Origin: Candidatus Oxydemutatoraceae bacterium
GTDB lineage: Bacteria; Pseudomonadota; Gammaproteobacteria; Poriferisulfidales; Oxydemutatoraceae
DNA: 64,000 nt
Assembly: GCA_965218975.1 (NCBI GenBank)
Contig: OZ244717.1
Span: 32,001 to 96,000, forward strand
Direction: 5' to 3'
In this document: in pieces, positions 42,917 through 53,248 of the stretch
Layout: the number at the start of each line of letters is the position of its first letter
Position numbering within the stretch: position 1 is the first letter of the stretch
Notes under the pieces: model-generated
The model's database searches: none
What the model was told of the DNA's origin: nothing
What the model saw: the letters and a program-made list of their open reading frames with translations, nothing else
Made by a program: the position numbers and the translations under genes

Positions 42917-44253
42917 CCTTCCTTCTCAATCTGCTCCAGAGTGGAACGCAACATCCAACCAAACTCATGCTTACTCGGGCAAACATACGAACACAAAGCA
43001 AGGTCTTCTTCGTCTAATTCAAGACAACCTAATTTTTGTGCCATATCGGTATCCATCACCAACAATGATTTGAGTAATGGCGCCGGCAGTATTTCAAGCG
43101 GCATTACATACTCATATAGTCCAAGAGGAACAAATGCGCGCGGACTGCCGTTTTGCCGACAGTTGAAAATAAACTTGCTTTGCTTGCCCAACCAAGTTAC
43201 CGCTTTGCTCAACGAAAATGTATTACGCAAAGGTTTCAACCAGCCGAGAACCGAACTTTCACAATATTCTTCCAGCAACGTAATTTGCAAAGTCGAATAA
43301 CCCAGAAAATCCAAAGCTCCGGATGCGCGCCAGCCCTCCAATACCGAACCGGCAATGACTCGGCAGTTATCTAAAGCAATTACGCTACCACATAACTCGC
43401 TAATACTGGCACCAACATGAGTGCGTAACAAACGTGGCTGTTGCATTGTCGACCCGAGCGAAATTATCCGTTCAAACGACAGATTGCCTTGGGAAAATAA
43501 TTTGCCGATTGCAATCACGTCCTGATAGCCGATAGACCAAACTACTTTGTCCCCCACAATAGGATCAAGATAATGAATATGGGTGCCGACTAATCCCACG
43601 GGATGAGGACCGGCAAAACGCACTTGGCGAACCGTATCTTTTTGCGGCAGAGTTAATCGAGCTTGCTCGGATGTGCAAACAAATACTTGTCCGCTTGTCA
43701 TTTGTGACAAAACTTGGACACCGACGGCAAACAAACTCTCTGCTTGCCGGATAACCATTATCGGATCAATCGCCAAGGGGCGAGTATCCATCGCAGTCAC
43801 GAATATTGAATGAGGCCGCGTACCCGGATTAGGTACTTTACTGTAAGGCCGCGTTTTGAAACCAATCCATAGACCGGAATCAAGTAAATGCCGAACGATT
43901 TTATCGTCGCTGAGTTTAGTTATTTCATCATTGGTAAAGCTTTCATATTCAGGGGTCGGCGCCGGTTGTAGTTCAATCACCACCGAATGCAATAACCGCC
44001 GTTCACCGCGATTTATTTCCCGAACAATACCCGATACAGGCGCGGGATAACAAACATCGGAGTTACGCTTGTCGGTAAATAAAGTCTGTCCGACGGTTAC
44101 CCTATCACCAATTGCTACCGCCATACCGGGCTTAAGTCCATGAAATCCATAAGCAACACTTGCCGCTCGACTAACCGTATCAGCGTCTTCGATCTGCTGC
44201 ACGGTAGTCTTACCCAAAGGAATATCAAGCCCCTTATCAATTTTTATCAACAT
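42913..44253 (-). CDS. nqrA: Na+-NQR subunit A
   Basis: True start [12 protein letters not shown] (ATG at 44253, 446 aa); [28 protein letters not shown] motifs. Confidence 0.95.
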   Translation of the reverse strand: MLIKIDKGLDIPLGKTTVQQIEDADTVSRAASVAYGFHGLKPGMAVAIGDRVTVGQTLFTDKRNSDVCYPAPVSGIVREINRGERRLLHSVVIELQPAPTPEYESFTNDEITKLSDDKIVRHLLDSGLWIGFKTRPYSKVPNPGTRPHSIFVTAMDTRPLAIDPIMVIRQAESLFAVGVQVLSQMTSGQVFVCTSEQARLTLPQKDTVRQVRFAGPHPVGLVGTHIHYLDPIVGDKVVWSIGYQDVIAIGKLFSQGNLSFERIISLGSTMQQPRLLRTHVGASISELCGSVIALDNCRVIAGSVLEGWRASGALDFLGYSTLQITLLEEYCESSVLGWLKPLRNTFSLSKAVTWLGKQSKFIFNCRQNGSPRAFVPLGLYEYVMPLEILPAPLLKSLLVMDTDMAQKLGCLELDEEDLALCSYVCPSKHEFGWMLRSTLEQIEKEG

Positions 44254-44330
44254 GTAAAGTACGAACCCGTCTGCAGAATTATGAAGTGAGTTATTGATTT
44301 TACTACGAACCTTCTGACTTATGCAGTATC

Positions 44331-46006
44331 TGTACGATGCCACCCTAAATGGGATTTTTGAAGGGCGCTTCGGGGGAAGCGTTCGGCAGTAACATTCGGA
44401 TCGGTGCTTTCTGTCCGTTGCCGGCATGAGGACGGTGCAGGGTGAGACGCGCCCGGAAAACCGATCGGTTTTCAGCGGCGAACGACCCGACAAGGATGTC
44501 GGGGCTGGCGTTCATTGACAGAACCAAGTCTCGTCATGGACGACAGACACTTTGCTGAGCATTCGCCAACAAACACAAAACGGTTTCATAACCGGTCATT
44601 GAATGCTTCCGTATCGGCGAATAGCAGGTCTTCTGCATGATCGATACAATCTTCTTGGACGGTGCGGTTGAAGCGCTCGATGTGCGCGTTCATTTTTGGA
44701 CACTTGGGATAGGTCAGCCACTGCTCAATCGCGGGTGATTCCCGGATGAGCCGGGCAAACTGTCCTTGAAACTCACTACCACCGTCTGTCAGGGTGAGAT
44801 GCGCCCGGAAAACCGATCGGTTTTCAGCGGCGAACGACCCGACAAGGATGTCGGGGCTGGCGCTCATTGACAGAACCAAGTCTCGTCATGGGTGAGACGC
44901 GCCCGGAAAACCGATTGGTTTTCAGCGGCGAACGACCCGACAAGGACGTCGGGGCTGGCGTTCATTGACAGAACCAAGTCTCGTCATGGACGACAGGCAC
45001 TTTGCTGAGCATTCACCAGCAAACACAAAATAGTTTCATCAGCTCAAAGACTTTACTGCTGCCGAAATTCTGCCAGGCGCAGGAATGCGGCTGCGTTGCG
45101 GCTGTTACAGCGGTTGGTTGCCACTGCTATTGCCATTCGGGTATAGACATCGATGGTCGTTAAGACGTAGCGGCGCACTCCGTGCTGATAACGCACAATC
45201 GTATCCAGGGCGATGCAATGCCCCGCCGGATACTGTGCTTTGAAGTGTTTCGGCTTGCGTGCCCTGCAACGGCGCTTAAACGGTCGTTTTGTTTATCCTT
45301 TGGCATTCAGCCGCTGCGGAATACAGCGCATTTTATCCGGCGCATCTGCGATCAGGCGCGCAATCGTGCGGACACTCAGGCAGGGTGAGACGCGCCCGGA
45401 AAACCAATTGGTTTTCAGCGGTGAACGACCCGACAAGGACGTCGGGGCTGGGGCTTGTTGACAGAACCCAGTCGCGTCATAGATGACAGGCACTTTGCCG
45501 ACAATCCGGCAACAAACACAAAACGGTTTCATCAGCTCAAAGATTTTACTGCTGCCGAGATTCGGATAAGCCTGGCGCAGGGTGAGACGCGCCCGGAAAA
45601 CCGATCGGTTTTCAGCGGCGAACGACTCGACAAGGACGTCAGGGCTGGCGCTCATTGACAGAACCAAGTCTCGTCATGGGTGAGACGCGCCCGGAAAACC
45701 AATTGGTTTTCAGCGGCGAACGATCCGACAAGGATGTCGGGGCTGGCGCTCATTGACAGAACCAAGTCTCGTCATGGACGACAGGCACTGCGCTGACAAT
45801 CCGCTGGCGCCTCTTACGCGGCGCTTTGCCGCGATCATGCAAGGCGCTGAGACCAGTGCGGCGATAACGCCGGCGCCAACGGTACAAAGTACTGCGACCG
45901 ATCTTGAATGCGTTCGGGAGTTACAACCCTCCCAAAATAATAGGGCATCATATTTCTGTTGAAGATTAGAGCGCTCATGAGCCTCTATTTTTGAAGCAAA
46001 ATTGGC
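44331..46006 (-). mobile_element. IS481-family element, non-autonomous copy 1 (left end missing, transposase fragmented)
   Basis: Right IR TGTACGATGCCACCCTAAATGGGA at 44331. Colinear minus-strand fragments: HTH (STLYRWRRRY), LRQAYPNLG, IALDTI, LTDGGSEF, NAHIERFNRTVQE, HRPH. Nonsense TAA at 45293-45295. Confidence 0.85.
44441..45776. repeat. Six copies of a 98-bp structured repeat unit (44441, 44793, 44891, 45384, 45581, 45679)
   Basis: Consensus GGTGAGACGCGCCCGGAAAACCGATCGGTTTTCAGCGGCGAACGACCCGACAAGGAYGTCGGGGCTGGCGYTCATTGACAGAACCAAGTCTCGTCATG; two tandem pairs. Confidence 0.97.
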
Positions 46007-46099
46007 TGTACGATGCCATCATAAATGGGATTTTTGAAGGGCTTCGAAGGAAGCGTTCGGCAGTAACATTCGGATCGGTGCTTTCTGCCCGTTGCCGGC
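46007..46099 (-). mobile_element. Third, partial copy of the same IS (right end only)
   Basis: TGTACGATGCCATCATAAATGGGA...GTTGCCGGC nearly repeats 44331-44425. Confidence 0.85.
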
Positions 46100-46324
46100 T
46101 GAGTCAGGAACAACGACAACTACTTAGAGAGTATGCCGAGGAGCACGGCCTGCAATGCCCTGGTCGGCAGAGCGATCAGGGCAAATAATACGGATTGAGC
46201 GATTTATCCCTGGGTCACAGCGATACGGCAGAATAACGGCAGAGATAGTCATTAGCGGAGGCGACTACCCGCTTTCCAAAACTCGGAAAATCACCCCGGC
46301 GGATCCGCGCATGCTGAAGTTCAG

Positions 46325-47197
46325 TCAATCAAGTCTCGGCTGATCAAACTGAGTATGCGTTTTTTTATCTAAAAGATAAGGATGTGCTGAGCGCAAGGAT
46401 GAGGGGAGAAAGGCTCTTATGGCATAAGCAACCGGACGCGCCAACACATGGAGTAACGACGGTTGTCTTGCAAAGCTGGTAGTATAAACAGGACGCACCC
46501 ATGGTGTTCTTACGGCAAATAGATTGGGCGTGCTGCTATATAGTATCTCCGTATCTATCGTTCGTTGAACATCATACGGAACCAGCTCGGAACAGAAACG
46601 GCGCGCGCATGCCGGAGTGATGACGTACCCGAGCGCCGTATAGTTCAACTTGTTGGGTTCCCACTTCTGCAATACTTTTACGTACTGGTCTGAATATTTT
46701 TCGTACTGGCCAATTCCTCCGGGCCATAGATGTAGAAAATCCGCTGATTCCGGCCATCCAATTCCGTCAAATGGAATCGCAGGATTTATGATAGCGTCAT
46801 CTTCGACAATCATACAAAGATCATCAGCCGGCATTTTACGGCAGAGGTTCCAGATTTCTATTTGGGAAAATGCAGCTGCAATACTTCCTATTCTTCGCAC
46901 CGCAGCGTCCTTTTTTTTCCGCGTGAGCATCGGATCATACTTTTGAGCAAAGTCTTGTGCATATTTTTCCCAACCCAGCCGTAGTTTCAATTTAACCCAC
47001 CACCTGCGGTCATCTTTAATCAGGTGTTGATATTTTGATTCCTCCAGAACCAAATGGTTTTTATTAACCCCGTTATACGAAATAGGCGGCGGTTTGGTTT
47101 GCCAGTTCTGAAATTGCTGTTCAAAGAGCTTGCGCCGTTTCTTTCCGAGCACGGGCGGATTGATCACAAAAATCCGAGTGATGAGACGTTTTTGCAC
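46325..47197 (-). CDS. Glycosyltransferase family 25 protein
   Basis: IFVIN, G......SQ..IW, IVEDDA, GYVITP..A motifs. Confidence 0.75.
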   Translation of the reverse strand: MQKRLITRIFVINPPVLGKKRRKLFEQQFQNWQTKPPPISYNGVNKNHLVLEESKYQHLIKDDRRWWVKLKLRLGWEKYAQDFAQKYDPMLTRKKKDAAVRRIGSIAAAFSQIEIWNLCRKMPADDLCMIVEDDAIINPAIPFDGIGWPESADFLHLWPGGIGQYEKYSDQYVKVLQKWEPNKLNYTALGYVITPACARRFCSELVPYDVQRTIDTEILYSSTPNLFAVRTPWVRPVYTTSFARQPSLLHVLARPVAYAIRAFLPSSLRSAHPYLLDKKTHTQFDQPRLD

Positions 47198-47380
47198 AAC
47201 TTTGTTCTTATCGGTTATGGTAGAGAGCAGTCATTATAACAAAAATACTGCACGATACACCCAGTGTATAGGTCCATAACATTTGCATAAGCTCAGAAAC
47301 ATTTGGCACTATACAGTATCTGCCGGTAAAATATCTTATACAAAATATTGACCAGCTCATTGATACGACTAACAAACGGA

Positions 47381-48685
47381 ATGGAAAACAACAAGCTGTC
47401 AGACCACTCATCCGCATCACTTTTCTCACGCGCCTGCAAATTGATCCCCGGCGGTGTAAACTCACCGGTACGCGCCTTCAAAGGTATGGGACGACACCCA
47501 ATTTTCTTTACCCGCGGTAAAGGGTCGAAACTCTACGACGAAGATAAAAATACCTATTTGGACTACGTCTGCTCTTGGGGATCTTTGATCGTAGGACATG
47601 CTCACCCGCATATCGTCAATGCCGTTATACAAACAACGCAAAACGGCTTGAGTTTCGGCGCGCCGACCAAACTTGAAATTAGAATGGCGGAAAAGCTGTC
47701 CGCTTTAATGCCATCACTGGAAATGGTACGCATGGTCAACTCCGGAACCGAAGCAACCATGAGCGCGATACGACTTGCCCGTGGTTATACTCGCCGCGAA
47801 AAAATCATTAAATTTGCCGGATGTTACCACGGCCATTCCGACAGTTTACTTGTTGAGGCCGGTTCCGGTGTTTTAACTCTAAGTATTCCTGGTTCGCCCG
47901 GCATCACTGCAGCGGCCGCATCCGATACGATTGTTTTGGATTACAACGACTCCAAGCAGCTGGAATCAGCTTTTGAACGATACGCTGATAAAATCGCCGG
48001 AGTGATTATTGAGCCTATCTCCGGCAACATGAACTTTATTCCCGCAGATAAGAAATTTTTGCAGAATCTGCGCCGCTTATGCGATCAATTCGACAGCGTG
48101 CTTATTTATGATGAGGTGATGACCGGCTTTCGAGTGGCGCTTGGCGGCGCTCAAGCGTTATATGGTATCCAACCCAACTTAACGACGCTCGGGAAAGTAA
48201 TTGGTGGTGGGATGCCGGTCGGTGCATTCGGCGGACGTCGCGATATTATGCAAACACTGGCGCCATCAGGCAATGTTTATCAAGCGGGAACTTTATCAGG
48301 CAACCCTGTGGTGATGGCAGCAGGTCTCGCAACTTTGGAATTGGTCGAGACCGATAACTTTTTTGAATCTTTAACTCAAAAAACCAAGACCCTTGTCAAG
48401 GGGTTGACAGAAATTGCTGCTAGTCACAATATCCCGTTCCATAGCGATCACTGCGGCGGAATGTTTGGCTTTTCTTTCATTGATACACCGGCACGTAATT
48501 TCACACAAGCAACGAAAACAAATCCGAAGCGCTTCAAACAATTTCATAATGAAATGTTGCGGCAGCATATCTATCTCGCACCATCGGCATTTGAAGCAAG
48601 CTTTGTTTCAAGCGTACATTCCGATCGGGATATTGCCGAAACTTTGGATGCGGCAAATAAGTCAATGCGCGCATTAAAACAGTAA
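47381..48685 (+). CDS. hemL: Glutamate-1-semialdehyde 2,1-aminomutase
   Basis: IPGGVNSPVRAF, NSGTEATMSA.RLAR, DEVMTGFR, LGKVIGGGMP motifs. Confidence 0.97.
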   Translation: MENNKLSDHSSASLFSRACKLIPGGVNSPVRAFKGMGRHPIFFTRGKGSKLYDEDKNTYLDYVCSWGSLIVGHAHPHIVNAVIQTTQNGLSFGAPTKLEIRMAEKLSALMPSLEMVRMVNSGTEATMSAIRLARGYTRREKIIKFAGCYHGHSDSLLVEAGSGVLTLSIPGSPGITAAAASDTIVLDYNDSKQLESAFERYADKIAGVIIEPISGNMNFIPADKKFLQNLRRLCDQFDSVLIYDEVMTGFRVALGGAQALYGIQPNLTTLGKVIGGGMPVGAFGGRRDIMQTLAPSGNVYQAGTLSGNPVVMAAGLATLELVETDNFFESLTQKTKTLVKGLTEIAASHNIPFHSDHCGGMFGFSFIDTPARNFTQATKTNPKRFKQFHNEMLRQHIYLAPSAFEASFVSSVHSDRDIAETLDAANKSMRALKQ

Positions 48686-48688
48686 GCC

Positions 48689-50512
48689 TCACAACTGGGC
48701 AGAAAAAAGTCTGGTGTAAAGTCCTTGCATTTCGATCAACTGATCATGGTCGCCATGCTCAACAATTTTTCCGTCCTCAAAAACATACACTTGATCCGCC
48801 TGCCGCACCGCGCTCAATCGATGCGCAATAATTAGCATTGTTTTATCATTTAAAACTTCAAATAATGCTCGGTACAAGTCGCACTCTGTCTTAGAATCAA
48901 CAGCGGAAGTCGCTTCATCAAAAATGACCACTCTCGGTTGCATCAATAGCATCCTGGCAATTGCTAAACGCTGACGTTGCCCACCCGACAACTTTAGCCC
49001 TTGCAGCCCGACGACCGTATCAAGTGTTCTGGGCTTTTCCCGAACGAACAAAGCAATTTGCGCAAGCTCTAAAACATCCCACAGCTGGTCATCCGAAGCA
49101 TCGCGCCCTAAAGTCAAGTTTTCACGGATCGTATCATTAAACAACATCGGATGCTGTAGGACGCATCCGACATTTTCGCGCACAGCTTTCAAACCAATCC
49201 GATTGATCAGGACACCTCCGTAAAAAATATTCCCGCTGACTGCTTGATATAAGCCTAGCAATGCGTGTACTAAAGTTGTCTTTCCTCCACCGCTAGCACC
49301 GACAATGGCAATTTTCTCACCAGGAGCAATCGATAAATTTACATCTCTTAGCACTTTGTTTTCCGCGTACGCTAAATTAAGGTTACGTACTTCAACCGAA
49401 ACGGTTTCTCGCTCGCTAAACGGATTTTCTATAGCGGTATAGCTTGGTTCGAGAACAAATTTTAGAATGCGATTTACTCGATCAACCGCAGCTTTCGCCC
49501 CAAACCAAGCATACTGCATATTCAATATTTCCTGGATCGGACCCAACATAAACCACAGATAGCCAAATACCGCGATCATCTCACCGATACTGAGGTCGGA
49601 AAACAATACCATCAACATCCCAATTGCGCGAAAAATATCAAATCCGACCAAAAAAATTAGAAATGAAAAACGATTCGCCATATCGCTTTTCCAAGCAAAT
49701 TTGGTAGCCTTATTTCTTATATCGCGAGCAAAATCAACCAATCTACCAATGTAATGCCTTTCACGATTACTTACCCTGATTTGATGAATAACCGAGAAAG
49801 TCTCGACAACTGCCTGTTGAAAAACCTCAATAGCCTTATTTTCCATACCTTTCAGCTCCTTTACCTGCTTACCGACCATCATCGTAAAATAAATCACGAC
49901 TGGATTAAGCAGAAGAAGAAACAGCGCCAATTGCCAATGTAGAAACATAAGAATGAACGCCGTTGCAATAATCGTCATTATGGAAATTAAGAATCTGCTG
50001 ATAGTCGCGCTAAAAAATTGGTCAAGTGTTTCAAGATCGGTTACCAAATACGAACTGATTGTGCCGCCTCCTTCACTTTCATATTCCGTAATGGAAGTTT
50101 TGCTTAAATACCACAACAATCTCCGGCGAAGATGGAAAATAATGTTTTTTGAAACCCGATAAAAAATCCATGACTGCCAAACGGTAAGCAACCATGAAAT
50201 TAACCTCAAAGCAATTGTGACCAATAACACTACAGCAATATAAAATTCCGGTTCATAAAAATATTCGGGAAATATAAATCGGATAGTAGCGGTCAATCGT
50301 CCCGGTATATCAAGTAAAACTTCATCAACCATCAGTGGCATCAGCAATGGCAACGGCGCACTTGCCAAAGTCGCAAAAACTGCGACAATATTGGCAATAA
50401 TCAGTTCCTGACGACGCTGAGTCGCCAAAGCAAATAAGCCTTTCAAACTGTAAGAAGGAGATCTTCCGCCATTAAAGTCGGAAGACTGCATCGTTGTGCT
50501 ATCGCCTAGCAC
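48689..50512 (-). CDS. ABC transporter, fused permease/ATP-binding protein
   Basis: TM domain plus GASGGGKT, LSGGQRQR, FDEATSA. Confidence 0.92.
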   Translation of the reverse strand: MLGDSTTMQSSDFNGGRSPSYSLKGLFALATQRRQELIIANIVAVFATLASAPLPLLMPLMVDEVLLDIPGRLTATIRFIFPEYFYEPEFYIAVVLLVTIALRLISWLLTVWQSWIFYRVSKNIIFHLRRRLLWYLSKTSITEYESEGGGTISSYLVTDLETLDQFFSATISRFLISIMTIIATAFILMFLHWQLALFLLLLNPVVIYFTMMVGKQVKELKGMENKAIEVFQQAVVETFSVIHQIRVSNRERHYIGRLVDFARDIRNKATKFAWKSDMANRFSFLIFLVGFDIFRAIGMLMVLFSDLSIGEMIAVFGYLWFMLGPIQEILNMQYAWFGAKAAVDRVNRILKFVLEPSYTAIENPFSERETVSVEVRNLNLAYAENKVLRDVNLSIAPGEKIAIVGASGGGKTTLVHALLGLYQAVSGNIFYGGVLINRIGLKAVRENVGCVLQHPMLFNDTIRENLTLGRDASDDQLWDVLELAQIALFVREKPRTLDTVVGLQGLKLSGGQRQRLAIARMLLMQPRVVIFDEATSAVDSKTECDLYRALFEVLNDKTMLIIAHRLSAVRQADQVYVFEDGKIVEHGDHDQLIEMQGLYTRLFSAQL

Positions 50513-51306
50513 CGAGATATTCCGCGTTGCGCATATACTCGCTGCTGCCGTATAGCTTGTTGAAACATTTGATAATTTTTGCTTGGGAGTTCTATCTTAT
50601 CATCTCCCAAATGAAGCACTGTAACCGCATAATTTCCATCCTTACGACGAACACCACGGTTCAACATCCGCACAACTAAATCCGAATCTTCATATCCCCG
50701 TCCTTCAAATCGCTCGTCAAATCCTCCTACTGCATAAAAATCCTTCCGATAAAAAGCCAAGTTAAAGCCAGTTGCGCCCTGCCACTTCTTATACTTCAAC
50801 TTCCTAAAAAATCCTCCGGGTAAATGTAATAAAGGTAGTATGCGCTGTACCTTCCCCGCCATCCTCAAACGTATCCACTGAGCAATACTGTAATTAAAAA
50901 TTGGCAAGCGCTCTAACTTCACCGTTGCAGTAAACGAATCCGTCAGCTTGATTCGTGAACCTCGGACAAACCAGCCAGGTTGCGCCAAACGCCGATGACG
51001 AAAAACAAAGCCGGGCAGTGACACACAATCTCCATCCAAGAATATAAAATACTCGCCGCGTGCTTGCATCGCGCCTAAATTTTTTACCGCTGCTAAGCGA
51101 TATCCTCTATCCTCCTGCCGTATATGTACTAGGCGATAAGGAAATGTTCTTTTATAATGGGCAATCAAGTCTTCAGTTTTTTGAGTAGAACCGTCATCCG
51201 CGACAATCACTTCAAATTTTTTATCGGTCTGACAAATAAAACTATCCAAAATGATTGTCAGGCACTCCGGCTGATTATATGTTGCCACGATAATGGAAAT
51301 TAGCAT
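50506..51306 (-). CDS. Glycosyltransferase family 2
   Basis: IIVATYN, ADDGS, FLDGDC, GFDE.F.G.G.EDSD motifs. Confidence 0.92.
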   Translation of the reverse strand: MLISIIVATYNQPECLTIILDSFICQTDKKFEVIVADDGSTQKTEDLIAHYKRTFPYRLVHIRQEDRGYRLAAVKNLGAMQARGEYFIFLDGDCVSLPGFVFRHRRLAQPGWFVRGSRIKLTDSFTATVKLERLPIFNYSIAQWIRLRMAGKVQRILPLLHLPGGFFRKLKYKKWQGATGFNLAFYRKDFYAVGGFDERFEGRGYEDSDLVVRMLNRGVRRKDGNYAVTVLHLGDDKIELPSKNYQMFQQAIRQQRVYAQRGISRC

Positions 51307-51429
51307 GGTAGAATACTCAATGCAAACCTTGCTTTATACAAGAAATTATAGAAAATACAATTTTTTGATTCGCGCAAGTGTAAACTTATAAATCATTATA
51401 TATAGTAAAAAACCCCTCTACTTTTTCCA

Positions 51430-52284
51430 ATGAATATCGGAATTATCGGCTACGGTATCGTAGGGAGATCTATTGCGGCAGGCTTTCAGAGCCGGTGCTC
51501 TCTTTATATTTATGACAGCAGCCCAAAAAGCTATGCGGATGACACGGCAAAAGAAAAAATAGTGTTGTGTCAGGATGTGAGCGCTGTTATTAAAAATGCT
51601 GAATTTATTTTTGTCTGCGTTCCCACACCCAGAAAAAAAAATACCAATCACTCGTTTGATGGCACACATTTAGATGCCACATTGCGTGCCATTGCGCAAA
51701 GCAAGTTAACAAACAAAAAACATATTCTGATCATAAAAAGCACTGTCGTGCCATCGAAAATCAGGGAATATGTTACCGAGTATCCTCAGTTAAATCTCGT
51801 AATCTGCCCGGAGTTCCTTATTGAAAAGAATTTTATTGAATGTTTTCTTAAGCCTAATTATCGTATATATGGCGGAGAAAATGAACAAACTCGCAAAGTG
51901 CACCAATTATTTGAGAAACATAGTATTTGCCAGCCGTGCAAAATTGCTTACACTGATTATTATAGCGCCTCTATCATAAAGTATATGATTAATTCCTTTC
52001 TCGCAATGAAGGTCAGTTATATGAATCAATTCTATGACATAGCAAAATTAAGCGGCGTCCAAATGCGGTGGGAGCAACTGGAGGAAATTTTCCATTATGA
52101 CACACGGGTAGGAAACAGCCACTCCAACGTACCGGGACACGACGGGCAAAGAGGATGGGGCGGGAAATGTTTCCCCAAAGACGTATCCGCAATCATTGAC
52201 GAAGCAAAAATGCATGGCTATACTTTAGACATATTGCAAGCGGTCTGGGATTACAATTATTCACTACGCAATGACATTGATTGA
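51430..52284 (+). CDS. UDP-glucose/GDP-mannose dehydrogenase family protein, short form
   Basis: GYGIVG, CVPTP, KSTV.P, PEFL, KY..NSFLA.KV, GGKCFPKD; ends without the C-terminal UDP-binding domain. Confidence 0.85.
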   Translation: MNIGIIGYGIVGRSIAAGFQSRCSLYIYDSSPKSYADDTAKEKIVLCQDVSAVIKNAEFIFVCVPTPRKKNTNHSFDGTHLDATLRAIAQSKLTNKKHILIIKSTVVPSKIREYVTEYPQLNLVICPEFLIEKNFIECFLKPNYRIYGGENEQTRKVHQLFEKHSICQPCKIAYTDYYSASIIKYMINSFLAMKVSYMNQFYDIAKLSGVQMRWEQLEEIFHYDTRVGNSHSNVPGHDGQRGWGGKCFPKDVSAIIDEAKMHGYTLDILQAVWDYNYSLRNDID

Positions 52285-52588
52285 TCGTACGCGGTCAACC
52301 TCATGAGCAAAATATAGCCAGTCTATTAGTAGCTTTTCTATCACTATGTGTCGCCAAAGGTAAAACCTACAGCGACTATCAAGGGAGGTTTTATACAGCC
52401 CTGAAAACATTTAAAACTCGAGTTCTTTCTCACTTCGGACTATACAGTGACAACCCCAGGTATTCGGGCAAAGCGGCGGGGCTGCAACGCTCGGACAACT
52501 AGGCATTTGGGCATTTCCCCCTCCCACCGAGCCATCCGTTTATTATGCGATGTTGTTTAACGATGTTAGGGTATAGTAGCTTTATTCC

Positions 52589-53248
52589 TTATTTGCACTG
52601 CCAATACCTCTTCACGTTTTTAAAGTGATTTATTCGTTCATTGATCTTGAAACTTTCCTTCGGGTAAAAATCCAAAAGGTTATCGCACATTTCAATCATC
52701 CAATTTTTACGCTTATTCTTGAGCATGAGAGTCACAGTACTCGCGTTGGCTATCTGAATTTGTCCCCACCCTAATGCTCCAAGCGTCAGGCAACCCCAGG
52801 AAATAAACTCTATCGGAACAAAAGTGACCCTATCAATTATTCATCTCGTATTTTCTACCTTATAGTTTACTTTCAAGACGCAGAAATGATTTTTGTCATC
52901 CTCATAAAATCGCGATAGTCGCTCAACCGAAGTTAGATTCGGCATATTAAACTTTGTATCAAGCCGATGAGTTTTGACATCAACGACATAGTAAAAATTG
53001 TCCTTATCGGTGAAAGCGAGGTCGGCCATTGCCCGGCGCGCAAATTGGGAAGAATATTCTTTCGGCAGAGCACCTAAAATCGTCCCGAAGTTTTCGGCAA
53101 GGATGTTTTCTATTGCGCCGCCGACGGCACGAGGACTATTGATTGTTCTGGGAAAAAGAAAATCAGTTTGCTCGCTGAGGAAATCCCTGATTTTCTTTTC
53201 GAGTTCTCTGTAAGTGTCCGTATAGAAAATTTTGCTTTTTGGCATCAT
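52589..53248 (-). pseudogene. Type II restriction endonuclease interrupted by an in-frame TGA
   Basis: AD......DVKTH (PD-D/ExK-like). After TGA at 52841-52843 the same frame continues for 83 codons (FVPIEF..W.CLT.GALGWGQIQIAN...) to TAA at 52589. Overlaps the MTase stop. Confidence 0.75.

Noticed and set aside
44254-44493. 80-aa N-terminal extension of NqrA in the ORF track
   Set aside because: Chance open frame through the IS end and repeat; the canonical NqrA start is at 44253.
44441-45776. CRISPR or other guide-RNA array interpretation of the repeats (also 55779-56935)
   Set aside because: Units are 98 bp, the intervals range from 0 to ~400 bp and are colinear pieces of one transposase gene, and no cas-like genes are in the window.
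46100-46188. DnaJ C-terminus-like fragment (LSQEQRQLLREYAE)
   Set aside because: Too short to assign without a database search.
44345-46343. Many short ORFs starting MVLSMSASPD, MTEPSL or MSSRSPLK (also 55759-57058)
   Set aside because: Translations of the repeat, or repeat-transposase chimaeras; not independent genes.
52281-52588. 73-aa ORF and a possible att/attC site at the far end of the R-M islet
   Set aside because: No recognisable protein motif, no copy of the tRNA 3' end, and only weak similarity (CCCCTCCC.CCGA) to 54358-54375.
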